In this document: positions 10,675 through 19,444 of the stretch, one piece after another
How the letters are laid out: every line of letters begins with the position of its first letter
Numbering within the stretch: position 1 is the stretch's first letter
NCBI GenBank assembly: GCA_034667005.1
Contig: JAXDKU010000077.1
Coordinates: forward strand, 12,784 to 76,783
Length of the DNA: 64,000 bases
Direction: 5' to 3'
From: Chloroflexota bacterium
GTDB taxonomy: Bacteria > Chloroflexota > Limnocylindria > Limnocylindrales > CSP1-4
Notes under the pieces: model-generated
The model's input: the letters and a program-made list of their open reading frames with translations, nothing else
Database searches by the model: none
What the model was told of the DNA's origin: nothing
Made by a program: the position numbers and the translations under genes

Positions 10675-11994
10675 GTGCTGACCGAGACGCTGTCCGGCGC
10701 TGCCTCGGAGCTGGTGGAGCGCGCACGCGAGAAGCTCGACGCCGACCGGCTCGCCGACCTGGTCTTCGAGATGACGGCGATCCCGAGCCCGAGCGGCCAG
10801 GAAGAGGACCTCGCCGCCTATGTCGTGGGGCATCTTCGCGAGGCCGGCGTCGATGCGGAGGTGCAGCCGATCGACGGCCAGAGCGCCAACGCCGTCGGCC
10901 GCCTCGGGCGCGCCGAGCGCGACCATCCCCGACTCATGCTCTATGCGCCGCTGGACACGGCCTTCGCCGGCGAGGCCGCCGAGGACGAGCCGTGGCTCGG
11001 CCGCCAGCCCCGCGCCGATTTCGCGCTGCCGCCCAGGCGCGACGGCCGCAAGGTGATCGGGCTCGGCGCCGAGAACCCGAAGGCGTTCGCGGCCGCAGCC
11101 ATCGGCGCGGTGGAGGCGCTCGTCGCCGCCGGAGCGGACTTCGGGGGCGAGGTGCTGCTGGGCCTCGTGGCGGGCAGCATGCCGATCATCGACCGGCCGG
11201 AGGCGGGCATCCGCGAGGCCGGCCAGGGGATCGGCGTGCGCTACCTGCTCGAGAACGGCGGCCGGCCCGACTTCGCGATCGTGCTCAAGCCGGGCTACGC
11301 GGTCTCGAACGAGGAGGTCGGCATCGCGTGGTTCCGGCTGTTCACCCGCGGCACGGTCAACTACACGGGCATCCGGCACAAGGGGCTGTATCGCAACCCG
11401 ATTATCCTCGCCGGCCGGCTCGTGGCGGCCCTGGAGGAGTGGTTCCCCGAGTACGCCCGCGAGAACGGCGACGGCATCGTCTCCCCGCAGGCCTCGGTCA
11501 ACGCGATCCGCGCCGGCTCCCCGAACCGGCTCGCCTTCATCCCCGAGCGCTGCGAGGTGGACGTGGACATGCGCGTGCCGCCGCACCTGACGCCGACCGA
11601 GGTTGCCGGCGAGCTGCGCACGTACCTGGATCGCGTCCAGGCTCACGATCCCGACCTGGACGTGGAGATGGTCGGGCTCGCGGCCATGCCCGGCACGCGG
11701 ACGGACCCCCGAAGCTGGGTCGTCCGCTCGCTGATCGACGCGTGGGAGTGGCGCGAGCGCAAGGACCACGCACCCGCACGCAACACGAGTGGCGCCTCCG
11801 ACGCCGCGCTGCTGCGGGCATCCGGGGTGCCCACGGCGCGCATCGGGTTGCCGCCGCCGCAGACGGGCACCATCTACGACGGCTTCTCCATGGGCGTCGC
11901 GGACGCCGACAGCATCGCGGGGCTCGCCGAGGTCCTGATCCGGGTGGTGGTGGACACCTGTTCCCGGACGCGGACCGAGGTCGGGCTCCACTGA
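10675..11994 (+). CDS. M20 family metallopeptidase / amidohydrolase (ArgE/DapE/ACY1-like)
   Basis: In ORF 9385..11994. GTG at 10675 has GGAG 8 nt upstream. The N-terminus L.E.IPSPSG.E......V...L...G is typical of M20, and there is a central dimerisation-domain-sized insert. Confidence 0.75.
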   Translation: MLTETLSGAASELVERAREKLDADRLADLVFEMTAIPSPSGQEEDLAAYVVGHLREAGVDAEVQPIDGQSANAVGRLGRAERDHPRLMLYAPLDTAFAGEAAEDEPWLGRQPRADFALPPRRDGRKVIGLGAENPKAFAAAAIGAVEALVAAGADFGGEVLLGLVAGSMPIIDRPEAGIREAGQGIGVRYLLENGGRPDFAIVLKPGYAVSNEEVGIAWFRLFTRGTVNYTGIRHKGLYRNPIILAGRLVAALEEWFPEYARENGDGIVSPQASVNAIRAGSPNRLAFIPERCEVDVDMRVPPHLTPTEVAGELRTYLDRVQAHDPDLDVEMVGLAAMPGTRTDPRSWVVRSLIDAWEWRERKDHAPARNTSGASDAALLRASGVPTARIGLPPPQTGTIYDGFSMGVADADSIAGLAEVLIRVVVDTCSRTRTEVGLH

Positions 11995-12023
11995 GCCGGC
12001 CGGGCACGGCCGAGGAGCGGGCA

Positions 12024-13418
12024 TTGGTCGCGACGAACGAAGAGACGCCGGCGGCGGCAGCGACCGTGGGCACCGAGGCGGCCCCGGGCACCGAGGCGGC
12101 CCTGGGCACCGAGGCGGCCCCGGGGACCGAGGCGGCGCCGCGGGCGCAGCGGACCGCGCCTGGTGCGCGACCCGGAGGCATCGGCTCCGTCGGCCGGCGC
12201 GACTGGGCGACGTGGCCAAAGTACGAGGCTGCCGTCCTGGGCTTCCGCAACTACTGGTACCCCGTGACCTGGTCCCGGAAGGTGGGCGCGAAGCCGATTG
12301 CGGTCACCGTGGGCGGCGAGAAGATCATGCTGATCCGCGAGAAGGGCCAGATCCGCGCCCTCCACGACCGCTGCCCGCACCGGGGCGTGCCGCTCTCCCA
12401 CCCGATGGCCACCCAGGAGTTCCCGGGCACCTGGACGTGCTGCTACCACGGCTGGACCTTCGACCTGGAGACCGGCGTCCTCGTCGCGGCGATCACGGAC
12501 GGGCCGGACTCTCCGATCTGCGGCAAGGTCGCGGTGCGGACCTACCCGGTCCAGGAGCGCCTGGGCCTCGTCTTCGTCTGGCTCGGCGACGAGACGCCGC
12601 GCCCGCTGGAGGACGACGTGCCCGCGGAGCTGCTCTCGCCGACCGCGGTCGTTGCCGGACGCATCACGACGCGGCCGGGGAACTGGCGCTTCGGCGCGGA
12701 GAATGGCTTCGACGACGGCCACGCCAAGTACCTGCACCGCAACGCGCTCTGGACGAAGCGGGTGAAGATGCCCGTCTGGAGCAAGATCCGGGTCGTCCGC
12801 GACGGTCCGTGGATCACGCGCATGAAGGACGCGATGTTCTACGAGGCCGAGTTCCCCGGCCTCGGCGCGTGGCCCCCGAAGCGCTGGTACCGCAACCGGA
12901 AGGGCAACAAGACCAAGGTGTCGCTGCGGCTTCCCGGCACGCTCCGCGTGGCCTACGAGACGTGGACGCACTTCGAATGGTGGGTGCCCACGGGCGAGGA
13001 CGAGCACATCTACGTGCAGCTGGCCGCGATGGACCGCGGCCGCATGTCCAACCTGCGGTTCCGGATCTACTACCGGCTGTGGGTGCGCTGGGTCTTCCAC
13101 GGCATGTTCAACGACGAGGACCGCCTGATGGTGGACGTCATGGACGCGCCGCCCGAGCGCCTCTACCGGCCCGACGTCTCGATCACCGAGTGGCGCAAGC
13201 TCGTCGAGGACACAGCTCGCGGCGCGCCCATCACCGAGGCCTACCGGCCGACGATCGCCGGGCTCCGGACGATCCCGTTCGAGGTCTCCGGCTCGGCCTC
13301 GGAGGAGAGCATGGCAGCGGCGAAGCCCGGAGCCGCGGCGGCACCAGGAGCCACGGCGGCACCAGGAACACCAGGCACGCCCGAGTCCCGCCCCACGGCA
13401 TCGGCCCAGGGCTCGTGA
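12024..13418 (+). CDS. Rieske [2Fe-2S] non-haem iron oxygenase, catalytic (alpha-type) subunit
   Basis: In ORF 10992..13418. Rieske motif CPHRG...TCCYHGW, and mononuclear-iron motif NGFDDGHAKYLH (DxxHxxxxH). The start is TTG at 12024 (GAGGAG 7 nt upstream) or GTG at 12066. No in-frame ATG, GTG or TTG start lies between 12066 and the conserved N-terminal FRNYWYP region. Confidence 0.85.
   Translation: MVATNEETPAAAATVGTEAAPGTEAALGTEAAPGTEAAPRAQRTAPGARPGGIGSVGRRDWATWPKYEAAVLGFRNYWYPVTWSRKVGAKPIAVTVGGEKIMLIREKGQIRALHDRCPHRGVPLSHPMATQEFPGTWTCCYHGWTFDLETGVLVAAITDGPDSPICGKVAVRTYPVQERLGLVFVWLGDETPRPLEDDVPAELLSPTAVVAGRITTRPGNWRFGAENGFDDGHAKYLHRNALWTKRVKMPVWSKIRVVRDGPWITRMKDAMFYEAEFPGLGAWPPKRWYRNRKGNKTKVSLRLPGTLRVAYETWTHFEWWVPTGEDEHIYVQLAAMDRGRMSNLRFRIYYRLWVRWVFHGMFNDEDRLMVDVMDAPPERLYRPDVSITEWRKLVEDTARGAPITEAYRPTIAGLRTIPFEVSGSASEESMAAAKPGAAAAPGATAAPGTPGTPESRPTASAQGS
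12069..12140 (+). repeat. 18-bp x4 in-frame tandem repeat encoding (GTEAAP)4
   Basis: GGCACCGAGGCGGCCCCG is repeated four times head-to-tail with 1-3 substitutions per copy, inside the 5' end of the Rieske oxygenase ORF. Confidence 0.9.
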
Positions 13419-14311
13419 CGGCGACCGGGGAGATGGAGGGCGTCGCCGACCAACCGGTGGCCGGCTTCGACCCGAACGCGCCCCCGGAGCGGCGCCACCA
13501 CCACGAGCCGGTCTCCGAGCGCGCCGACCACCCCGTCGCCATCGCGGTCGACTCCGTCTCGAAGGTCTTCGACAGCACCGACCGGCGGACCGTCGCCCTG
13601 GAGGACGTCTCCTTCGAGGTGCGCGTCGGCGAGTTCATCTCGCTGATCGGCCCGTCGGGCTGCGGCAAGTCCACGCTGCTCCGCCTGGTGTCCGCGCTGG
13701 ACCAGCCCACCGGCGGGCGAATCACGGTGAACGGCGTCGCGCCGATCGAGGCGCGGCGGAGGCGCGAGTTCGGGATCGTCTTCCAGTCGCCCGTGCTCTT
13801 CGACTGGCGGACGGTCGACCAGAACGTCGCGCTCCCGCTCCAGGTCATGCGCCAGCCGAAGAAGCAGATCGAGCGACGGGTGGAGGAGCTCGTCGAGCTG
13901 GTCGGCCTTGGCGAGTTCCGGCGCCACTACCCGTGGCAGCTGTCGGGCGGGATGCAGCAGCGCGTGGCCATCGCTCGGGCGCTCACGTTCGCACCGCCGT
14001 TCCTGCTGATGGACGAGCCCTTCGGTGCGCTCGACCTCATCTCGCGGGACCGGATGGCCGGCGAGCTGCTGCGCATCTGGAGCAACGCGCCCGGGACCAC
14101 GGTGCTGTTCATCACCCACTCGATTCCCGAGGCCATCCTGCTCTCCGACCGGGTGGTCGTCATGAGCGCCCGGCCCGGCCGCATCGTCACGACGGTGGAC
14201 ATCGACCTCGCCCGTCCGCGCACCGAGGCGGTGCGCGAGTCGGCCGCGTTCTATCGCTACGAGAACGAGCTGCGCCGGCTCCTGGTGCAGTCGGAAGCGG
14301 CGCGCGAATGA
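13415..14311 (+). CDS. ABC transporter ATP-binding protein (NitT/TauT nitrate/sulfonate/taurine family)
   Basis: GTG at 13415 overlaps the Rieske stop (GTGA). Walker A GPSGCGKST, signature LSGGMQQR, Walker B LLMDEPFGALD. Confidence 0.9.
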   Translation: MTATGEMEGVADQPVAGFDPNAPPERRHHHEPVSERADHPVAIAVDSVSKVFDSTDRRTVALEDVSFEVRVGEFISLIGPSGCGKSTLLRLVSALDQPTGGRITVNGVAPIEARRRREFGIVFQSPVLFDWRTVDQNVALPLQVMRQPKKQIERRVEELVELVGLGEFRRHYPWQLSGGMQQRVAIARALTFAPPFLLMDEPFGALDLISRDRMAGELLRIWSNAPGTTVLFITHSIPEAILLSDRVVVMSARPGRIVTTVDIDLARPRTEAVRESAAFYRYENELRRLLVQSEAARE

Positions 14312-15141
14312 CGGCCGGCGTCACCGCGGCACCGATCCGGGTCATCGCGCCGCGGACCCGCACGGCGGGGCTGGCACGTGCCGGCACCACGTTGCTCGCC
14401 GTGCTCGCGATCTGGTACGCCGTGGCCGCGCTCCTGCGGCTGGTCCACGACCCGGGCGCATCCAAGCTGCCCTTCCCGCACGAGGTCGTGTCGGCCTACA
14501 TCACGTACTCGGGCACGTTCATCGAAGCGGCCTGGCAGACGGGCTCCCGCGCGATCATCGGCTTCTTCGCGGGCCTCGGCCTGGGGTTGCTGTTCGGCGT
14601 CGTGATCATCCAGAGCCGCTGGCTCGAGGCGGCCTTCGTGCCGTACGTGCTGGCGAGCCAGATGATTCCGCTCGTCGCACTCGTGCCGATCGTTCGGGCG
14701 GTGCTTCGCGACGCCGATCTGGTGCGCGTGTACATCACGGCGTACGTGAGCTTCTTCGTGGTCACCATCGCGGTGCTGCGCGGACTCCGGAACGTGTCCC
14801 CCGCGGCCCTCGAGCTGATGGAGTCGCTCAACGCGTCGCGCTGGACGACGCTGCGTTTCGTGCGCCTCCACGCCGCGCTGCCGTACATCTTCAGCGGCCT
14901 GCGGATCGCGGCACCGCTGAGCCTGATCGGCGCGATCCTGGTGGACTTCCTCGGCGCCCGGAACGGCCTCGGCTACCTGCTCGTCGCGTCGCTGACGCTC
15001 GGCTCCTCCCAATCGGCCAACCTGTGGGGCGCGCTGGTGCTCTCCATGGCGCTTGGGCTCGTGCTGACGCAGCTCGTCGCCATCGCCGAACGCCGCATGA
15101 GCTTCTGGCAGCCCGCCTTCCGGACGGAGGCGCGCGCATGA
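14308..15141 (+). CDS. ABC transporter permease (NitT/TauT family)
   Basis: ATGA overlap at 14308-14311. Multi-span protein with an EAA-like loop (ELMESLNASRWTTLRFV). Confidence 0.85.
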   Translation: MTAGVTAAPIRVIAPRTRTAGLARAGTTLLAVLAIWYAVAALLRLVHDPGASKLPFPHEVVSAYITYSGTFIEAAWQTGSRAIIGFFAGLGLGLLFGVVIIQSRWLEAAFVPYVLASQMIPLVALVPIVRAVLRDADLVRVYITAYVSFFVVTIAVLRGLRNVSPAALELMESLNASRWTTLRFVRLHAALPYIFSGLRIAAPLSLIGAILVDFLGARNGLGYLLVASLTLGSSQSANLWGALVLSMALGLVLTQLVAIAERRMSFWQPAFRTEARA

Positions 15142-15995
15142 CCGCCCTGGAGCACGGGCCGGCGCTGAGGCAGCCGGCGCCGGGGCGTGCCGGGCGAGGG
15201 ATGGGCGCTCGGGTCCTGCGGTTCGTCACGTCGCCGGTCCTCGTCGCGCCGCTCGTCGTGGCCGTGGCCATCCTGGCCGTCTGGCAGGCGGGCGCGTTCC
15301 ATGCCCTGTTCAACATCAAGACCTTCACACTGCCCTACCCGACGAGCATCGGGGAGGCGCTCTCCAAGGCAGGGCCGCAGATCTCCACGGCCGTCGGCGC
15401 CACGCTGCCCGCCGCGCTGATCGGCTATGCCGTGGGGATGAGCCTCGGCCTCCTCGTGGCGAGCCTCCTCGTGCGATTCGCGCCGCGCAGCATCCCAAGC
15501 CTGCTGCCGGTCCTCAGCGCGTCCAACGCCATCCCGATCGTCGCGCTCGCGCCCGTCCTCGCCCTCTGGGTGGACCCGGGCATCGGCCTCAAGGTCGTCG
15601 TCGTGACCGTGATGACCGTCCCGACCATGGTCATCTACGCCGTCCGCGGGCTTTCCAACGTCGAGCCGAACGCGCTCGAGCTGATGGACTCGATCGAGGC
15701 GTCGCGCAACCAGGTCTATCGCATGGTGCGCGTCCCGACTGCGCTTCCCTTCGTCTTCACCGCGCTGAAGAGCTCGGTCGTGCTCGCGCTCATCGGCACC
15801 ATCGTCACCGAGTCGATCCGGGGCTTCGAGGGCCTCGGCTTCGTGATCGCGGATTCGCTCTCTCGCTTCGACGCTCCCAAGGCGTGGCTCGCGCTCGTCG
15901 TGATCGCGGCCATGGGTATCTGCTGGTACGTGGTCGTGGAGGTCCTTGAACGGGTGGCGCTGCCGTGGGAGAGCGCCAGCCGCCAGCGCACCTGA
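15138..15995 (+). CDS. ABC transporter permease (NitT/TauT family), second subunit
   Basis: ATGA overlap at 15138-15141. It is a paralogue of the preceding permease (ELMDSIEASRNQVYRMV). Confidence 0.85.
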   Translation: MTALEHGPALRQPAPGRAGRGMGARVLRFVTSPVLVAPLVVAVAILAVWQAGAFHALFNIKTFTLPYPTSIGEALSKAGPQISTAVGATLPAALIGYAVGMSLGLLVASLLVRFAPRSIPSLLPVLSASNAIPIVALAPVLALWVDPGIGLKVVVVTVMTVPTMVIYAVRGLSNVEPNALELMDSIEASRNQVYRMVRVPTALPFVFTALKSSVVLALIGTIVTESIRGFEGLGFVIADSLSRFDAPKAWLALVVIAAMGICWYVVVEVLERVALPWESASRQRT

Positions 15996-16048
15996 TCCGG
16001 GCCGGCGGACTGCGCCGACGGGTCGCGGAGTAGAGGAGGGCATCAGAG

Positions 16049-17149
16049 ATGCAACGGAAACGGATACTGGCACTGCCGGCAGTGCTGGCACTCGTCGCAG
16101 CGTGCGGAGCTGCTGCGACCCCCAGCCCTGTGCCGGCGACGCCGACCGCGGTGCCGGCCACCGCGACGGCGGCCGCCTCGCAGAAGTGCACCGGCCAGAA
16201 GGTGAAGTACCTGCTGTCGTTCATTCCCAACGTGCAGCACGCGGGTTTCCTCGTCGCGGCGAAGCAGGGCTACTACACCGACGAGGGGCTGGACGTGACC
16301 TTCACCCCCGCCGGTGAGGGCGTGGACGTGGCCCAGGACCTGGCCGCGGGCGTCGTGGACATGGCCCAGATCGACTACGTGCCGCTCGTCGAGGCGCGGG
16401 ACGCCGGCGTTCCGATCGTGGCCATCGCCCAGAACTACAAGGATCCTTTCTTCTTCTGGTACGCCTTCAAGGACGCCGGCATCGCCAAGGTCGCCGACTG
16501 GAAAGGCCAGAAGGTCGGGCAGATCCAGGTCGGCCAGTACCCGGAGCGCGACGCGATGCTCCTCGGCGCCGGCCTCCAGCTGAGCGACATCACGCCGGTG
16601 GAGCAGGACTTCGGCGTCGACCCCAAGTTCGGCACGGACTTCCAGATCGCCGAGGGCGTGGTCTTCTACCACCCGGCGCTGCTCAACGGCGATCCGACGC
16701 CCATCGCGGGCCACGCCAGCCACAAGTTCCCTGACGACTTCGTCGTCTTCAGTCCGCAGGACAACGGCGCGAAGCTCGCGTCGCAGACCACCGCCGTCAC
16801 CGAGGAGTTCGCGGCGGCGCACGGCGACGTCGTCAAGTGCTTCCTGCGGGCATCCGTCCGCGGCTGGATGAAGACCTTCCAGGATCCGCAGGCGGCCGTC
16901 ACCGACACGATGACCTTCGTGCCGCCGGGCGCCATTCCGGAGCAGGCCGAGCAGGCCGCCATCAACAACGTCCTGCCGATCGTCGGCTCGGGCGCCACGG
17001 ACAAGACGCTGCTGGCCTTGACGCCCGACGAGTACGCCAAGACCATCGTGACCCTTCAGACCCTCAAGGTCCTGCCGGCCGGCGCGACGGCGGACGGCAC
17101 CTACGACAGCTCCTTCTACGACTCGATGGGACCGGTCACCGCGCCCTGA
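16049..17149 (+). CDS. ABC transporter substrate-binding lipoprotein (NMT1/THI5-like, NitT/TauT family)
   Basis: GAGGAGG upstream of the ATG. Lipobox LVAAC is followed by a Pro/Thr/Ala linker. The fold signature FIPNVQHAGF.VA...GYY...GLDV is present. Confidence 0.85.
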   Translation: MQRKRILALPAVLALVAACGAAATPSPVPATPTAVPATATAAASQKCTGQKVKYLLSFIPNVQHAGFLVAAKQGYYTDEGLDVTFTPAGEGVDVAQDLAAGVVDMAQIDYVPLVEARDAGVPIVAIAQNYKDPFFFWYAFKDAGIAKVADWKGQKVGQIQVGQYPERDAMLLGAGLQLSDITPVEQDFGVDPKFGTDFQIAEGVVFYHPALLNGDPTPIAGHASHKFPDDFVVFSPQDNGAKLASQTTAVTEEFAAAHGDVVKCFLRASVRGWMKTFQDPQAAVTDTMTFVPPGAIPEQAEQAAINNVLPIVGSGATDKTLLALTPDEYAKTIVTLQTLKVLPAGATADGTYDSSFYDSMGPVTAP

Positions 17150-17174
17150 TCGAGCTTCGCACCACCGAGACGAT

Positions 17175-17203
17175 GGAACCGGCGGCGACCTGTCGCCGGT
17201 TCC
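17175..17203 (+). terminator. intrinsic terminator-like hairpin after the binding-protein gene
   Basis: GGAACCGGCG...CGCCGGTTCC forms a 10-12 bp stem and is followed by TCGTTTCC. It lies 26 nt after the stop at 17149. Confidence 0.6.
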
Positions 17204-17231
17204 TCGTTTCCGCCCCAATAGACTCCCGTCC

Positions 17232-18872
17232 ATGACCGACACCGCGCGGCCGCGCATCTGCGTCTTTGCCGGGCCCGACGCCACCGTGCTCAACTCCGCT
17301 CCGCTGGTGACGAGCGACAAGGCTCGCGCGCGGGCGGGGCTGCCCGCGCGTGCCGACCGGTCCGGCGGTCCGCAGCGCTTCGACACCCTGCGTCCGCAGC
17401 GGCTGGCCGCCCCGGTCACCGTCTACGTGGAGCAGTTCTCCGCCCACCCCCTCGAGTCCGACGTCGCGGAGCTCTACGGCCCGCCCGATGGCTACGTGGA
17501 CGCCGGCGGCCGCTTCCACCCCGAGCGGACCGCGGCGGGAGACACACCCGTCTACGAGGTGGAGCTGCGCCCCGACGACGGCCTCTATCCGCTGCCGTAC
17601 ATGGCCGTCCAGGCCGACGGCCGTCCGTGGGAGGGGGACGAGGCGGACCCGTTCGGCCCTCCGGGCCGCCATCGCCAGCCGTTCTACCCGGATCCGTCTC
17701 GCGTCTTCGAGGAGATCGACCGGCTCCAGCCCGGCGACGACGGGCTCGCCTCGCACCTCTCGCGGCTGGCCGACTTCGAATTCGTGCGCGCCGCCCCGCC
17801 CGGTGGGTACACCAGGGCAGGGGAGGAGCGTGGCCGCGACTGGTTCGCGTATCGCCCACCCCACCTCATCCGGCAGCCGTCGCGCCTGGCGCTGGGGCGC
17901 CTCACGAACGTCGTCTCGCGGGCTCTGGCGGGAGGCACGTACGACGGCGCGCTGTGGCTGGAGGGCAGCCCGTACGTGGAGGAGACGGCCTGGTGGCTGA
18001 ACCTGCTCCTGGACACGCCGCTGCCGATCGCCGCGTGCGCGTCGCAGCGACCCCACGGCGAGGTCGGCAACGACGGCGACCGCAACATCATCGACGCGGT
18101 CACCTACCTGGTGTCGCGGACCTGGGCGGACGAGGCTGGCCGCGACGCGCTCGGCGCGGTCGTGGTCATGGACCAGCAGATCGTCGCCGCCCGCGCCGTC
18201 CAGAAGAGCGACGCGCGGCCCGGTGGCTACGTCGCGACGGGCGGCCACGGCGGGATCCTCGGCACGATCACCAGCATCGGCAGGGCCGTCGTCTCGATGC
18301 GGCCGGTGCAGCGCCACACGTGGCGCTCCGAGGTGCGCCTGACGCAGCTTCCCTCGGAGGTGGCCGGCGTCGGCGGCGGCTCGGTGCGCGTCCGCGACGC
18401 GGCCGGGGACCTGCTGCCCGAGGCGGTCCCGGCTGTGACGCTCGTCAAGCACGGCCAGTACGTGGAGCCGACGGACGAGGTCGACGCCACGAGCGAGCTT
18501 GGCATCCTCGCCTCGATCGCCCGGGCGACGCAGGGCGGCGGCCTGGCGGGCTTCGTCGCGGAGGGCTCGGCGCCGTTCGGCACGCTCAACGAGTCCGCGG
18601 AGGCGGCACTGCGACTTGCCGCCTTCTCCGGCCTGCCGGTCGTCAAGGTCGGCCGGGGCGACGCCGGCGGCGTCAGCGAGGGGACCTATGCGCCGTTCGG
18701 GATCGCCGGGGGGAATCTCACCGCGACCAAGGCACGGCTGCTGCTCATGGCCGGCCTCCTGAAGTTCGGCGCCCTTCCGCCGGCAGCCGACCCGTCGGCT
18801 CCGACGCCCGACGAGATGGCGGCGATCCAGCGGGCGCTCGGCCGGTACCGCGACCTGTTCGCGAGCCACTGA
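17232..18872 (+). CDS. asparaginase/glutaminase-fold protein with non-canonical active-site positions (function unknown)
   Basis: 546 aa. The segment EGSPYVEETAWWLNLLLDTPLPIAACASQRPHGEVGNDGDRNIIDAV aligns by eye to HGTDTMEETA.FL.L.....PVV..G.MRP......DG..NL..A of type II asparaginases. The N-terminal ICVFAGPDATVLNS stands in for the TGGTI motif. GC3 bias supports this strand over the antisense 577-aa ORF. Confidence 0.65.
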   Translation: MTDTARPRICVFAGPDATVLNSAPLVTSDKARARAGLPARADRSGGPQRFDTLRPQRLAAPVTVYVEQFSAHPLESDVAELYGPPDGYVDAGGRFHPERTAAGDTPVYEVELRPDDGLYPLPYMAVQADGRPWEGDEADPFGPPGRHRQPFYPDPSRVFEEIDRLQPGDDGLASHLSRLADFEFVRAAPPGGYTRAGEERGRDWFAYRPPHLIRQPSRLALGRLTNVVSRALAGGTYDGALWLEGSPYVEETAWWLNLLLDTPLPIAACASQRPHGEVGNDGDRNIIDAVTYLVSRTWADEAGRDALGAVVVMDQQIVAARAVQKSDARPGGYVATGGHGGILGTITSIGRAVVSMRPVQRHTWRSEVRLTQLPSEVAGVGGGSVRVRDAAGDLLPEAVPAVTLVKHGQYVEPTDEVDATSELGILASIARATQGGGLAGFVAEGSAPFGTLNESAEAALRLAAFSGLPVVKVGRGDAGGVSEGTYAPFGIAGGNLTATKARLLLMAGLLKFGALPPAADPSAPTPDEMAAIQRALGRYRDLFASH

Positions 18873-18874
18873 GG

Positions 18875-19444
18875 GTGACGAAAGCGCTGGGAACGCAGCT
18901 TCCCTCGGCGATCGCCGGCCTGCTGGACGGCCGGGACCTGGCGTCCCGCGAAGGGCTCCTCCTGCTGCTGATCACCGCGGCCGAGGACGGGCAGCTCCAC
19001 GTGGCCATGCTCAGCGTCGGTGAGGTGGTGGCGATGGACCCCGGCCGGCTTCGCCTGGCGCTCTGGCCCCGCTCAACGTCCGTCCAGCACCTCGAGGCGC
19101 GCGGCCGCGGGCTGCTCTACCTGGTCGCGGACGGCGCCGGATACGCGATCGACGTGCGCGCGACAGCCGTGGGTGAGCTGCGCGAGGACGGCATCCATGC
19201 CGCCGTGTTCGAGGCGGTCATCAACGAGGTACGCGAGGACCGCGTGACGTACGCCGAGCTCACCGAGGCTCCGTCATTCCGTCTCGTGAATCGCGAGCGG
19301 GAGCTGGCGAGGTGGCGGCGGACGGTGGACGCGATGCAGCGGCTTCCGGGGGAGGTGCCCTCGGCGCCCAGCGCTCCGCCCACCTCGCCGCCGGACTCGG
19401 CGCCGGACTCTGCCCCCACGTCGACCGCTGAAGCTCCGGAGTGA
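18875..19444 (+). CDS. pyridoxamine 5'-phosphate oxidase-like (FMN-binding split-barrel) family protein
   Basis: C-terminal part of ORF 17627..19444. GTG at 18875 lies 3 nt after the upstream stop. The core pattern LLLLITAAEDGQLHVAMLSVGEV is typical of PNPOx-like proteins, and there is a Ser/Ala/Pro-rich tail. The start is uncertain. Confidence 0.5.
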   Translation: MTKALGTQLPSAIAGLLDGRDLASREGLLLLLITAAEDGQLHVAMLSVGEVVAMDPGRLRLALWPRSTSVQHLEARGRGLLYLVADGAGYAIDVRATAVGELREDGIHAAVFEAVINEVREDRVTYAELTEAPSFRLVNRERELARWRRTVDAMQRLPGEVPSAPSAPPTSPPDSAPDSAPTSTAEAPE

